DNA of 63,959 nucleotides, counting the filler, from Basidiobolus ranarum (Eukaryota): NCBI GenBank assembly GCA_040143965.1. It is 55 parts of 55 records of this genome, joined end to end, with 100 filler letters (N's around TTAATTAATTAA, not from the genome) between each part and the next. Parts side by side here need not be neighbours in the genome. Positions count along the whole stretch, not along the records: positions 37,341 to 38,404 come from JASJQH010013486.1; positions 38,505 to 39,568 come from JASJQH010013487.1; positions 39,669 to 40,731 come from JASJQH010013488.1; positions 40,832 to 41,894 come from JASJQH010013489.1; positions 41,995 to 43,057 come from JASJQH010013490.1; positions 43,158 to 44,220 come from JASJQH010013491.1; positions 44,321 to 45,383 come from JASJQH010013492.1; positions 45,484 to 46,546 come from JASJQH010013493.1; 47 more parts are not named here. One strand, written 5' to 3'. The notes beneath the pieces are model-generated. The model was not told where the DNA came from, ran no database searches, and worked only from the letters and a program-made list of their open reading frames with translations. A program made the position numbers and the translations under genes. Shown piece by piece: positions 37,341-49,563 of this stretch (positions are counted from its first letter, which is position 1; each line of letters begins with the position of its first letter).

Positions 37341-38173
37341 AGGCTCACATTTGTAGTGCACATTGACAGTCTACCACCAATGTAGCCCCAATAAAATCAA
37401 GGGCAATGCATAAAGGCATGTTTCCAGTACTACACAGCTCCAAAGTTAGTATGTTTTTGAAATTATTGATGGTTTGGTAGTGCGTATTGCTTTTATTTAT
37501 ATTATTTGGAATACCTTAATTACAAATACATTGCATTTTATACAACTTTTTAAATTTGTAGCACCTTTGTGCTGCACAGGTTACATAGCACAAAAGTTTA
37601 TTTTAATTACTATTTTGTTTTTTGTCTACAAGTAAACACATATGGAGCTTAGTGCTAGTGATATGTCAATATTTGTAAAACTTGAGTAGAAAGCTTTTAT
37701 CAACACTTTCAATATTTCTAGATTTGTAATATAATTATGATATATCTAATATTTACTTTCTTCTTTATTTAATTTTGTAAATCTCACAAAGTTCTTACAA
37801 ATATTACTAATTCATAATGTTAATCAAGTTTCTTCATGACACTCAATAGTACATAAAGGTTATTCTCAATAAGCAATTTATGAATTATTAAGCTAAAAAG
37901 TAGCCAGCTTACTTATGGTAAAATTATAATACTTAAAAGCTTTCAGAGTCTGAAGGAAATCATCTGCACTTTGGTTTCCCTGAGACTTCCAAATTTACAA
38001 AAATTAAAAAAATATTCAATATCTGAGAAATTTCTCTAAATTCATAAAAATTATAAAAGCTAGAATAGGCTATGTTATAATGTTGGTAACAGTGTCTCTT
38101 CCTCAGAGGTGTCAAAGGTCAGAGATCTGACCTTTAGAAAATTTGGGCAAACCCAATTCTTCCCATATACTAG
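37341..38173 (+). mobile_element. Probable Helitron 3' end, copy 2
   Basis: Hairpins at 38114-38135 and 38140-38158, then 11 nt, then CTAG (38170-38173) followed by T. Confidence 0.65.
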
Positions 38174-38504
38174 TGACTTAATTCTATTGTGAGAAGGGTG
38201 TACATGGGGGATTGCATCCCCCATACCCCAAGCTTTCTTTTTATACAGGGGGGACTGCTTCCCCCAGACCCCCTCTTTTCATCCTTACCCTCTCTTACCA
38301 ATACCAGAACATCTATACCATAACCAAATCCAGCTTATCTGCCAAATTCAAAATGACTGATCTTGGTGAACTGACATACTGTCATGATTCTGATCTCGGC
38401 ATACNNNNNNNNNNNNNNNNNNNNNNNNNNNNNNNNNNNNNNNNNNNNTTAATTAATTAANNNNNNNNNNNNNNNNNNNNNNNNNNNNNNNNNNNNNNNN
38501 NNNN

Positions 38505-39568
38505 TAGGCTTATGGCTAATACCAAGTTTGATGTTAGACTGACTATTTGGTGAATTGATATCAGTGATCATGTTGAAATCTGACCGGGCTCTTGATGGTA
38601 AAATCATGGAGTTTAGTGTTGTATTTGGATAGTAGTAATGCATATGCCTGTTAGAGTAAACTCCATTGATTTGACAAAATCTACAGCAAGATAGTGCATT
38701 GTGCCCACAAAAACCTCCAAGTTTACTGATGGCAGGAGTGTCACCAATACATACAATGATATTAGCTTTAATAAAATATTCACCCATCTGAACCCCATTA
38801 GATAACCATTCAAATTCCACAATCAAAGGCTCCAAGAAGCTATCTATAAGCACTGGTGATTTAGGTCCAGATATGATGGATAGTATCAAAATATTATGAC
38901 TCTTATATTGTTCAGAAGGAGGAAGATTTAAGTTAATTAAAATTATTGGCCAGCAAGCCTTTCCAACGGTATACTAGTTTAGTGAGAAGCCATCCAGAGC
39001 CAATGCAAATGCATGATCATGCATGTTCTCAAAGAAACCTTGACTTTTTAGATTTTGGTAGTGATATCCATTGAGTATCTTGGTAATACCATCAGCTTTA
39101 CAGTGAGTACTTTGGTATTGGATCAATGATCTATATTTGGGTGATTTTCTCAAAACTTTAAGATGGGGAATCAATGGTATGTAACCCAAATATGAACAAT
39201 ATTTACCTGATTCAGTGATTTTCAAATGTGTGCAAACAGTACTTGACTTCAGGTTTTTCAGATCACTGGTGAGAGCCAAACAACCATTTGGACATGAAAG
39301 GAGTTTAATTACCAAAGGATTATAATTCATACAATTGACAAGTGTTTTCCACTTGTACCAGGTCTGTGGCAAGCAACAGTTGCCAATCAACTGTGATAAA
39401 AGTGCAAGAAAACCAATAAACATCTGGTTGCTAAGATTGGATTGAACTCTCCACTCTTCAATAATCAAAGCTGCTTCCTTTACTGTAAGTGTTATGAGTG
39501 GACTAATGTTTGCTGATAACAAAGAGTCCGTAACAAAACCATTGTCTTCTTCTTCAACTTCTGATATA
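38505..39568 (-). mobile_element. CACTA transposase (longest near-intact piece, one stop at 38974)
   Basis: CPNGC, YIPLIPHLK, ALDGF, GDTPA and GHN..CCRFC motifs. Confidence 0.95.
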
Positions 39569-39668
39569 NNNNNNNNNNNNNNNNNNNNNNNNNNNNNNNN
39601 NNNNNNNNNNNNTTAATTAATTAANNNNNNNNNNNNNNNNNNNNNNNNNNNNNNNNNNNNNNNNNNNN

Positions 39669-39890
39669 TTAATTATCCAACACCTTCCCTTAATTCTTAT
39701 TCAGCATTGTGCTTATATTCACTAATGCCTATTCCTGCTCTCAACTTCTCAAAGCTTGAAGTTTTGAGTGGTTTTGTTAATATGTATGCTAGCATGTTTT
39801 CAGTATTACAATAAATAAAGTTCATTTCCTTGTCTTGAACTTTCTCTGATATAAAATGATGTCTTATGTCAATAAATTTCATCCTTGATC
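39669..39890 (-). mobile_element. Copia B RNase H end, PPT and LTR start
   Basis: KFIDIRHHFI and MLAYILTKPL motifs. Confidence 0.9.
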
Positions 39891-40731
39891 CCCTAACAAA
39901 AATAAAATTAATATGATCCTGATTGGATCCACCCTTCAAAATAGCAAAACCATCAGAGAACCATCACAATATTGGTGGCTTGCATTCTGCCAGGGTTTTT
40001 GTTGGTGTGATGGTGGTTTCTTGACGGTATCTTAATGGTAATCATATATATAAAAATATTAATCCTCAAATTTGGCATGTGTTATTCAATATCCGGCAAT
40101 TTTTGCAAAAATATAATTTTTAAATGGCAAATTACTGGGTTTACTGCTGTAGGAATTCAAATTAATATGCATGCCTTTATTTAGATATTTAAGGCTTTGT
40201 ATTCCAGCCATAATGAGAATCAAAAAATACAAGAATTTTGTTGTGTTTAGTGTCAACATGTGCATATACTTGACTGATTAGACATAACTCAACAACATCA
40301 ATATGCTTTACTAGCAAACTAATGGTGGAAAAATTGTTAAACATCTGAAATTTTGAATAGCACTGACACTTGGCAAATAGCTGACTCTTGTTACCATACC
40401 CAATGAGAATAAGCTCTTGGATTTAGGAAAATTTCCATAAAGAATTCAGCTAATATATCCCCAACTTGCAGTCAACAAATGTCCTGCCACAAGTAGAAGT
40501 GTCATTGCTTGAATAGATTACCACATGGCTAAAACAATAATACTGCGTATCTCCATTGATCTCACCAAGAAGTCTGTCTTGCAGCTTTCTTAATAATACT
40601 GTCAGATATCACACAAGTATATTAGTCCAATTATAGAGGTACTTACTCTGTGTCCATGGATTGGGCTTTGTTGCTGTTATTGTGCTCAAACAATGCAAAA
40701 ACCCATGAGCACATTGAAAAGAGCCCTTTGT
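39891..40731 (+). mobile_element. CACTA terminus A and transposase 3' region
   Basis: CCCTAACAAAAAT start; aligns with 25692-26320. Confidence 0.88.
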
Positions 40732-40831
40732 NNNNNNNNNNNNNNNNNNNNNNNNNNNNNNNNNNNNNNNNNNNNTTAATTAATTAANNNNNNNNNNNNN
40801 NNNNNNNNNNNNNNNNNNNNNNNNNNNNNNN

Positions 40832-41894
40832 TTTTCTCCTTCTCTGTAATACCAAATGGGGCTTCCAATTCAGCAAGAATGCCAAGCAAGTTTAGAAGAA
40901 GTCAAGATTGACTTTCCATCAAAGGAGCAAACCAAGATAGAGCTGTTCCTGATAATAGTGTTTCCACTAAGCCTACTTTTGCTTGGTCAGAGGGGTAGTG
41001 ATGGGGATGTAACTGGATGTTGAGCTTTACTTTGTTAATACAACCATAATAGTTTTGGCAAGTACTATCAAACTTATTTGGTATGAAGATCTTGGGTTCA
41101 GGAGTTTGATTTGCAGGATAGTTGGATGAAGATGGATTCTGTACTTGTGCAAGAGAAGCACAAAGCTCTTGATTTTCTTGCTGAAGCTGAGTAAGAGCTT
41201 GCATGATATCTTCCATTGTAGGGGCTGGTGTAAACATAATACTTACTATGTTGGGAGGGGGAAGCTTTAAAAACCACAAGTTTCTCTAGGAATGATAATC
41301 ACAATGCAATGTCCAACTTTCTGATGAAGAAATGATTGGCACCTTGACAAACAAATATGCTGGTATCAACATCCTTTGAACTTGATCAAGTACTAAAGCT
41401 TCTTTGATCAAAAACAACTGTAAACTCAACCAGTAGTGTCTTGACAAGGATGCACTGAAAGCAATTATCCAAAGGTGGAAGATACCTTCGCCTTAGCAGG
41501 GAAGCTTGGGAAAGAAGGGGAATAAGAGGGAAGCCAATCTTGGGGGGTTTCAAGGTTGGAGAACAGGGAAGGAGAGAAGTCTTCAGGCAAGTGTAAGTAG
41601 TCTGATCAAACTGTCACAATAAGGAACTAGACAAGGACTGGAAACAATGACAAGAGGCTAGAAGGAAGGAGAGTACTTGGGTGTAGACCACAACACAAGA
41701 GAAGACAAGACTGGACAAGGAAGAAACTTTGGCAAGAATCTTTATTGATAACTGGTGTTGATCAGACTGAGGTCTGATCAAGCAAGACATGGGGCTTATA
41801 TAGATATTGCAAGGTGAAACATAATATACTGAATAGGGAATATACTGTGGCAAGTTCGAGAGTTGGGGTGTTAAGGACTACAAGGACCAATACA
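40832..41894 (-). mobile_element. Chromovirus 5' LTR (41612-41894, ends TGTGACA), PBS (41599-41609), ~370-nt leader and gag
   Basis: TATATAA at 41802-41796, AATAAA at 41746-41741, gag LLSGTALSWFAPL. Confidence 0.92.
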
Positions 41895-41994
41895 NNNNNN
41901 NNNNNNNNNNNNNNNNNNNNNNNNNNNNNNNNNNNNNNTTAATTAATTAANNNNNNNNNNNNNNNNNNNNNNNNNNNNNNNNNNNNNNNNNNNN

Positions 41995-42105
41995 GAATTG
42001 GTCTTCCAGGAGCTTTTTCTCTTCATAAACATTCTGGTTGTAGCTTCTTAGCCACTCTTCATCCACCTCATCTATGTTGTATGGACATCCCGTGGAATCC
42101 TCGAC
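41995..42105 (-). CDS. Enhancer-of-polycomb (Epl1/EPC)-like exon fragment
   Basis: VEDSTGCPYNIDEVDEEWLRSYN...LLEDQF resembles the EPL1-domain motif YxMDExDExWL...LxEDxFE. Confidence 0.7.
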
Positions 42106-42360
42106 CTGGAAACACCAACAAGAGGCTAGAAGACAGGAGAGTACTTGGGTGTAGATCACAAGACAAGGCAAGCCTGGACCAGGAAGACATTTTGGCAAGA
42201 ATCTTTATTAATAACTGGCATCGATTAGACCGAGGTCTGTCAAGGAATACATGGGGCTTATATAGATATTGCAGGATGCAATATAATGTACTGAATAGGG
42301 AATATAGTGGCATGTTCAAGTATTGGGGTATTTGGGACTACAGGCATCAATACAAAGAGG
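42106..42360 (-). mobile_element. Chromovirus LTR, truncated in U5
   Basis: Aligns with 41638-41894. Confidence 0.88.
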
Positions 42361-42509
42361 GATGATGTAAGGATGATCAGGTGACCTTCTGTGGAAGGTC
42401 TTGGCAGAAATACACTATGTATGTGACAACATGATTGGTTAGGTTTCATGGAATGTTCCAAAGAACATGACTTCCATATAAGGTAACCTGGATTAACTAA
42501 CACAAGATT

Positions 42510-43057
42510 GACTCTTGTATGTCTGAGGATTCAGATATTATGACATAAGTAAATGGTGTCAAGAAACTTGCCCAACAACTGGAATCAGTGAATTATCAAG
42601 TACCTGAAATGGATATAATTCTTAACATAATCAAAGGACTCCCTGAGTCATATTAAGCCCTTGTACTCACTTTGGAAGCAATTGGGCATAAGCTTACTCA
42701 GCATTATCTGATCTCTATGTCAAGAAGAATTTATCAGCAAAGACAAAAGTCAGCTTGCAGATGAAACAAAAACTACACAAGCATTTTATTCTCAAAATAG
42801 GCAAGCAGAAAGGAGCACTGTGAAGTGTTACAAATGTGGAAAATTGGGACACCTAGCACGTTATTGCAGATCAAAGAAAAAATGTGTTTCAAAGAGAAAG
42901 GGAGCATATAACACCACTAAAAGAGGAAATGATCACTATGTACTTAGGGCAACCTCTAAATCAGGAAATGACTCTGCTGATGTATGGATTCTAGATTCTG
43001 GTGCAAGTGATCATATGTGTCACAATAGAAGCATAATGCATGACTATAAGGAAATAG
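42510..43057 (+). mobile_element. Copia B gag and protease (degenerate)
   Basis: CYKCGKLGHLARYC and WILDSGASDHM motifs. Confidence 0.93.
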
Positions 43058-44320
43058 NNNNNNNNNNNNNNNNNNNNNNNNNNNNNNNNNNNNNNNNNNN
43101 NTTAATTAATTAANNNNNNNNNNNNNNNNNNNNNNNNNNNNNNNNNNNNNNNNNNNNCAAGTAGGATTCACTTTAGCCTGCACTCCGTAACTTAATTTTT
43201 GGAATATTTGTTTGTAGTGTTGAGGGAAATGGAATTCTGAATTTTCGTAATAAATAACGGGAAATTGGTAGCTTGCAAAGCTTTTAGATTCACGCTTTAA
43301 TTAGATATCCTGGGCTACTGAAACTAACTTTGACCAATAACAAACAGGTATAGGGAATTCGCTGTGAGCTACACTATTTAAGTAATGTGTATAATAAACT
43401 TGAATGTAACGAACTATATTCAGGATCTCCAAGATATTCAGTTAGTTTGGATCTTGCGAACGATACCATCACCGACCTGAACGGTGTTGGAATCGATGTC
43501 GTATTAGAGAGAGATACAGTGATCACACTTGCTGTTGACCTTAGCTGAGGTCTTGTATTCCCTGATGCCTAATATTGCGTAAATGACCTTAGAACTTCAA
43601 CCAAGTTTGGTACAGGAAGCTTGGGACGATATTTTCTGCAAGGAAGAGGTGCTTTTGCCAATGATGTTGAAAATACTGTGACATTTTTCGCATTTTACGG
43701 CACTTATCTGCACCCTGTTGACTCAGAGGATGTAAAACTGACAGCTTGTAAGCAAGATTGAAATAGTTGAGTTACAGGTCCGTGAACTATAACAGCTTTG
43801 ATATATCGGTTGGTAATTGGCAGTAGATACATTTGTCGATTTGGCCTACCGTTCCCTTGTATTTAAATAGATAAGCGATGTCACAGCGTTTTTCACTAGT
43901 TCTACTGTTATAGAAAGTAACAACTACCCATTGAGCTGGATACATCAAACCAATAGGTAATTCAAGAATTTAATGATTTTGAAAAGGTTAAGTGGGATTT
44001 GTATTTATGCCATTAAAACTACTGGAATTAGGCATATATTATAGTTGATGAGATGGCTAGCACACCAGGTGTGAGTTTTCTACTTGTCTCTCGTCAAATC
44101 AAATTCGGGTCTTTATTTACACTGGCAGCCTCACACTATTGTCCTGGCACTCTATTTTTAGAAACAAATGAAGGGCCCAGACTGTAAAGCCAACTCTAAT
44201 TGAGGCGCAACTTGTATTGCNNNNNNNNNNNNNNNNNNNNNNNNNNNNNNNNNNNNNNNNNNNNTTAATTAATTAANNNNNNNNNNNNNNNNNNNNNNNN
44301 NNNNNNNNNNNNNNNNNNNN

Positions 44321-45383
44321 TACCACAGTTGATTGGCAACTGTTGCTTGCCACAGACCAGGTACAGGTGGAAAATGCTTGTCAATCATATGACTTATAAT
44401 TCTTCAGTAATCAAACTACCTTCATGTTCAAATGGTTGTTTGGCTTTGAACAGTGATCTGAAGTCATGTACTGTTTACACACAATTGGCAATCCCTGAAT
44501 CAGTAGAATAAAATTCATAATTGCCTTACATACCATTGATTCCCCATCTTAATGTTTTGATGAATTCACCCAAATATAGATCATTGATCCACTACCAAAG
44601 TATTCATTGTAAAGCTGATGGTATTACCTATATAGTTGATGGATATCATTACCAAAATCTGAAAAGTCATGGTTTCTTGGCAAACAAGTATGTTCATGCA
44701 TTTGCATTGGCTCTGGATGGTTTCTTGCTAAACAAATATATCTTTAGAGAGGCTTGCTGGCCTATAATCTTAATTAACTTAAATCTTCCTCCATCTGAGT
44801 GGTACAAGAGTCATAATATCTTGATGCTATCCATCAAATATGAAACTAAATCACCAGTGCTTTATAGACACCTTCTTGGAGCTTTTGATTGCAGAGTTTG
44901 AACAGTTATCTAATGGGGTTCAGATGGGTGAATATTTTATTAAAGCTAATATCATTGAATTTATGGTAACACTCCTGCCATCAATAAATGTGGAGGTTTT
45001 CATAGGCACATTGCACTATCTTGCTGTAGACTTTGCCAAATCAATCAAGTCTACTCTATCTGGCATACACATTAGGACTCCCTAATGGAAATTTGAGGAT
45101 TATTATTGTAGAAAAATCTTCACAATTTTAATCCATTTGAGATTGACCATTTAAGGGATCAGCTGGAGCCAGAACTTCCCATTAGACACTATGCACTCAC
45201 TATTTAACTACATTCTAATACTACCTACTCAGCTATATAGAGAAGAAATCAATATAAATGAGCCATTCAAGATAGGATCAAAGTTTGAAATGATTGGGAA
45301 AATGATTGAAAACATTAAGATACCATCATATTTTACCAGGTTTCCCATCAATATCCACTCATCTAGGCAATTATATAAATGCA
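44321..45383 (+). mobile_element. CACTA transposase (degenerate) interrupted by a short terminus B piece at 45080-45150
   Basis: ALDGF and NLNLPPSEWY motifs; CCCTAATGGAAATTTGAGG. Confidence 0.9.
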
Positions 45384-45483
45384 NNNNNNNNNNNNNNNNN
45401 NNNNNNNNNNNNNNNNNNNNNNNNNNNTTAATTAATTAANNNNNNNNNNNNNNNNNNNNNNNNNNNNNNNNNNNNNNNNNNNN

Positions 45484-45947
45484 TATATATATAATATATG
45501 TTCCGATTTTCAGCTAAGTGATATTTGACTAAGTAATGTTAACTAACTTATATGTGATATATGAAATAGTTAGGTGTATAAAGATAGAGATAATGAATAT
45601 GATAAAGACAATAAACTTCAACATTAACATGGCTGAAACTAACTCACATAATGATGAAGCATTAATCAATTTACCAGATGTGGTCCTTTCCAGCAATTGA
45701 GCAAGTGAGAGATTGTAATCTCTCAATTACGTAGTAAATCAATAGTTGAGTAAAGTTCAATCAAAACACTGTCAAGACCATGAACTTCCAAAATGCCTAC
45801 TTTGCCCACTATTGAGCAACCCTCTGTGGAAAATTTGGATAGAATTATTACATCAAGGGAATCACAGGCAGAACACTGTAATGATTTGTATGCAATCATA
45901 AGTAAAAACTATGAAGTTGCTATACAGGCCATGACAAGCAACAATGC
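45484..45947. mobile_element. Copia A LTR start (reverse, to 45622) inserted in CACTA ORF2 (+)
   Basis: Junction CTTCAACA|TTAACATGG; ORF2 is cut again at 45948 by TGTAGTG. Confidence 0.82.
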
Positions 45948-46646
45948 TGTAGTGATGGAAATATTCCAATCATATATTGCTTGTAATAAGTAGGAAGAAA
46001 ATTATCTATTGCTATCTTATAATATTTTGGAGATCAAGAAAAAGAATGAGAATAATTGATTGCTCTTAATCGCTTCAATACTTAAATTATTACAGTAATT
46101 TAATCTGCAATTAATACTCTGGAATTAGAGCTTTGCAACCATGCAAGAAGCATAAGATTTGATCAAATATTGGTGGAGTTATAAACATTTCAAAATTGCC
46201 AACACAAAAATCAACACAAGCATATATTCAGGTCATAGTAATTCAGGACCTCAAGATGCTCACAAAATTAGTGCTAACTTTTAAACCAGCTGATGGATTC
46301 TCTTCAAACTTTGCACAGAGCTGCGACAGTACTTGATGCTGATGAGAGTTTCAAAGCCGCAGCTGCTTTATTGGTGATTGTATTGGTACTTTGATGCTAA
46401 GCCACCCACTTGTAGCATTTATTCTTAGCCACCAATTCATAGCATTTATTCTCAACTGATTCTTTATATAAGTAACCCTTACCCCTATTGAAAAGGCTTC
46501 TAGCCTTATCACCATCCAAAACTGCACCATATTCTTTATCCTTTCCNNNNNNNNNNNNNNNNNNNNNNNNNNNNNNNNNNNNNNNNNNNNTTAATTAATT
46601 AANNNNNNNNNNNNNNNNNNNNNNNNNNNNNNNNNNNNNNNNNNNN

Positions 46647-47006
46647 ATCCAAATTTTCTACGGAGGGTTGTTCAATAGTGGGCAGAGTAGCCATTTTGGA
46701 AGTTGATGGTCTTGACAGTGTTTTGGTTGAACTTTGCTCAACTATTGATTTATTACACAATTGGGGGATTACCATCTCTTCACCTGCACTATTGCTAGAA
46801 AGGAACACATCTGGTAAATTGATCAATGCTTCATCATTACTTGAGTTAGTTTCCAGCATGCTAATACCTTCCAAAGTGGATAGTGGATTGCTAGACTGCT
46901 CATCAATTAAGTCCTCTGTTCTTGCTGGTTTTTTTCTTTTTGTTCCAGCAGGCTTTGGCTTGTGAGCCAATTTTGACTTGGATTTTGAATGCTTTTTGAA
47001 TGGCAT
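46647..47006 (-). CDS. CACTA ORF2 N-terminus
   Basis: Near-identical to 8909-9253 and open throughout. Confidence 0.75.
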
Positions 47007-47218
47007 TGAAATTTGCAGATGGTAAACCTGGTGTATTGAAATTACTTTGAAACAGCTTATAATAAACCTAACTTGCCATCCATTACCAGAAATATCTTGT
47101 AAATCCCCTGATGACCCATCTGTGACACCGTCTCAGAATTGGCTGATGATATTAATGGGCCATACCTAAAATACCACCCTTATGTGGGTGGTGTTCTTTT
47201 TTCTACAATATCCTTCTC

Positions 47219-47629
47219 ATGCTGCAACACAAATGTTTAGAGAAGCCCTGCTATTATTGTTGCAAATTCTTTTGCTATGAAAGCCAAAGGCTTCATAGAA
47301 AAAATAATCACAAGCACAGTCACTGCATGAAGCCACCAGATGCATAAAGCCAGGTGTATAACAACAGTAATAAGTACACTAAATCAACTTTAGTTTTACC
47401 TGTTGAGTCCACTGACTGTAGTATGCCTCAAAGTTTTGGTAACACTGACAAAAGCCAAGATACCATGGAGTTACCACAGTTATATGACCAGAATGATGTA
47501 GAGCAAAATGCAACTTTGGTCAAACCAATAAGTCCAGACAACTTTGAGGACTTGCTACTAGATGTTGCCCTTGGTTATTCCAGTACCAATGGTAGCATAT
47601 CAGAAGTTTAAGAATAAGACAACAGTTTT
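47219..47629 (+). mobile_element. CACTA transposase N-terminus, followed by terminus B of another copy (47630-47709)
   Basis: MLQHKCLEKPCYYC...HRKNNH; CCCTAACAGAAAT at 47630. Confidence 0.85.
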
Positions 47630-47809
47630 CCCTAACAGAAATTTGAGGATTGTTATTGTAGGAAAACCGTCACAGTTTTAATCCATTTGGGATTGACTGT
47701 TTACTTACCNNNNNNNNNNNNNNNNNNNNNNNNNNNNNNNNNNNNNNNNNNNNTTAATTAATTAANNNNNNNNNNNNNNNNNNNNNNNNNNNNNNNNNNN
47801 NNNNNNNNN

Positions 47810-47973
47810 GAAGCGTCAATCTCATGAATACTCAACTGACGAGACTTCTTCCGGTAACTAGAATTTTGAGCCTTCATTTTCTCCTCTTCATTTTTGAACA
47901 TATCTTCTAATGTTTCCTTGATGATTCTATTATCCTTACGTTGGAGGATATGAAAACGAAGTGAAACTGACAT
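47810..47973 (-). CDS. Possible host gene 5' end, unknown product
   Basis: ATG ORF open to the contig edge, CpG-retaining, charged helical sequence. Confidence 0.4.
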
Positions 47974-48972
47974 AACGTAAAAGTAGATTTATGTGTACAG
48001 AATTTTGGGGATGTTGGGATGATTAAGGGCTGTGAAGAGGTTTGGTCCGAATAAATTTAATGTAATTGTGGGTAGAGTGGATGGAAAAGCTCAACTCTGA
48101 AGAATCGAGATGATGCGAATCGGTAGCATGGACTTTTATATTGTTTAAATGTTTTTCAGAAACTTTTACGGCTTACAACAAGTAATGGAGTAAAAATTTA
48201 GACGGTTGGGTAATTTGGAGCCTATGCCGAATCAATTTAATAACGCCCTTTTCATTATCCTTATCCACAGCTCATCATCTCGAGTGAAAGTGACTGAATC
48301 AATCTACATTTACGTTGGGAATTTCGTCGCCTAGAAACAATTCATAGACAAAGAAATAGACCTCATTTATCCAGTAAATGATCGGAGTTGTGCTCAAATC
48401 TGTGTAACCAGTGGTGTAATGGCGATCAATACAGCAATTTTCTAGGAGTTTGTTTGCGAGCAGGCGTCCATGGTAGTCAGGAGAAATGATCGAGCTCTCT
48501 TCTAAATGCCATAGAACAATAACTGACAGATTGAGGAGAAATCGAATGTTAACCCAGAAAAATACACAGATCAAAAGCCTAACAACAATAGCATGATTAT
48601 TCAAGTTACTAAGGCTACGCCAGAAGTGGGCGTAAATCCATGGCGATAAGTTAGATCTAGTGAAATCCATTCTATGCAGGAATTTTAGAGGGGAACATCA
48701 TTAAAGTAGCTTTCCGTTTAGGCCTTCATATCTAACTCCATAGGCAACAGCCATCAATTAATTAAAGGTAGCCAACAAAAATCACAGAAAAGTCAATTTT
48801 GGGCATCATCTAATTTATCGGCGCGTCGCCATTTTGTACAATGGCCACCCCGGATTATGGAAGTGGCGAAGCNNNNNNNNNNNNNNNNNNNNNNNNNNNN
48901 NNNNNNNNNNNNNNNNTTAATTAATTAANNNNNNNNNNNNNNNNNNNNNNNNNNNNNNNNNNNNNNNNNNNN

Positions 48973-49563
48973 TTCAAGATAATCAAAGTTCTATCAAATT
49001 AGCTAAAAATCTCATGTTTCATAATAGAAGCAAACACATAGATATTAAGCATCACTTCATTAGAGAGACTATAGAGAATAAGTGTACTGACTTGACTTAT
49101 TTTTCTACAGAAGACATGATTGCTGATATATTCATCAAATCATTAGCTATACAGAAATTTGAGAAATTTAGACCTTTATTAGGATTAATTTTTATGACTA
49201 TTTAGTTGCGGGAGAGTGTTGAAATTAGCATTGCCTAAGCACCTATATAGTCATATATAGCTTAATACTTAGTTATCTTATAATTCACTAAGATATTACC
49301 CAATATTCTCAATGGAATATACTTAGAACAGTTTTTTTGACTTAGATGTTCTTAGAAATATAGATTTTTCAAACTTTTGCTAGAAGCCCCAAACTTTACA
49401 CAAATGTTACTGGAACCTCTTTTAGCACATTCTACACATTAGTTTGTTTATATAAAGACAAAGCTGTAAGTGGCAACTTTCAACTCAATAATTCAATAAG
49501 TGAACACCACCAATTTCTCTGATTTTCCAAATCACTTCCAACAGGCTTCCAAAAACTTTAACA
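48973..49563 (+). mobile_element. Copia C RNase H end, PPT and 3' LTR (49217-49563)
   Basis: SKHIDIKHHFIRE; GGGAGAG|TGTTGAAA. Confidence 0.93.

Noticed and set aside
48299-48670. 123-aa ORF in a unique contig
   Set aside because: No recognisable domain; it may include intron sequence, so no product can be supported.
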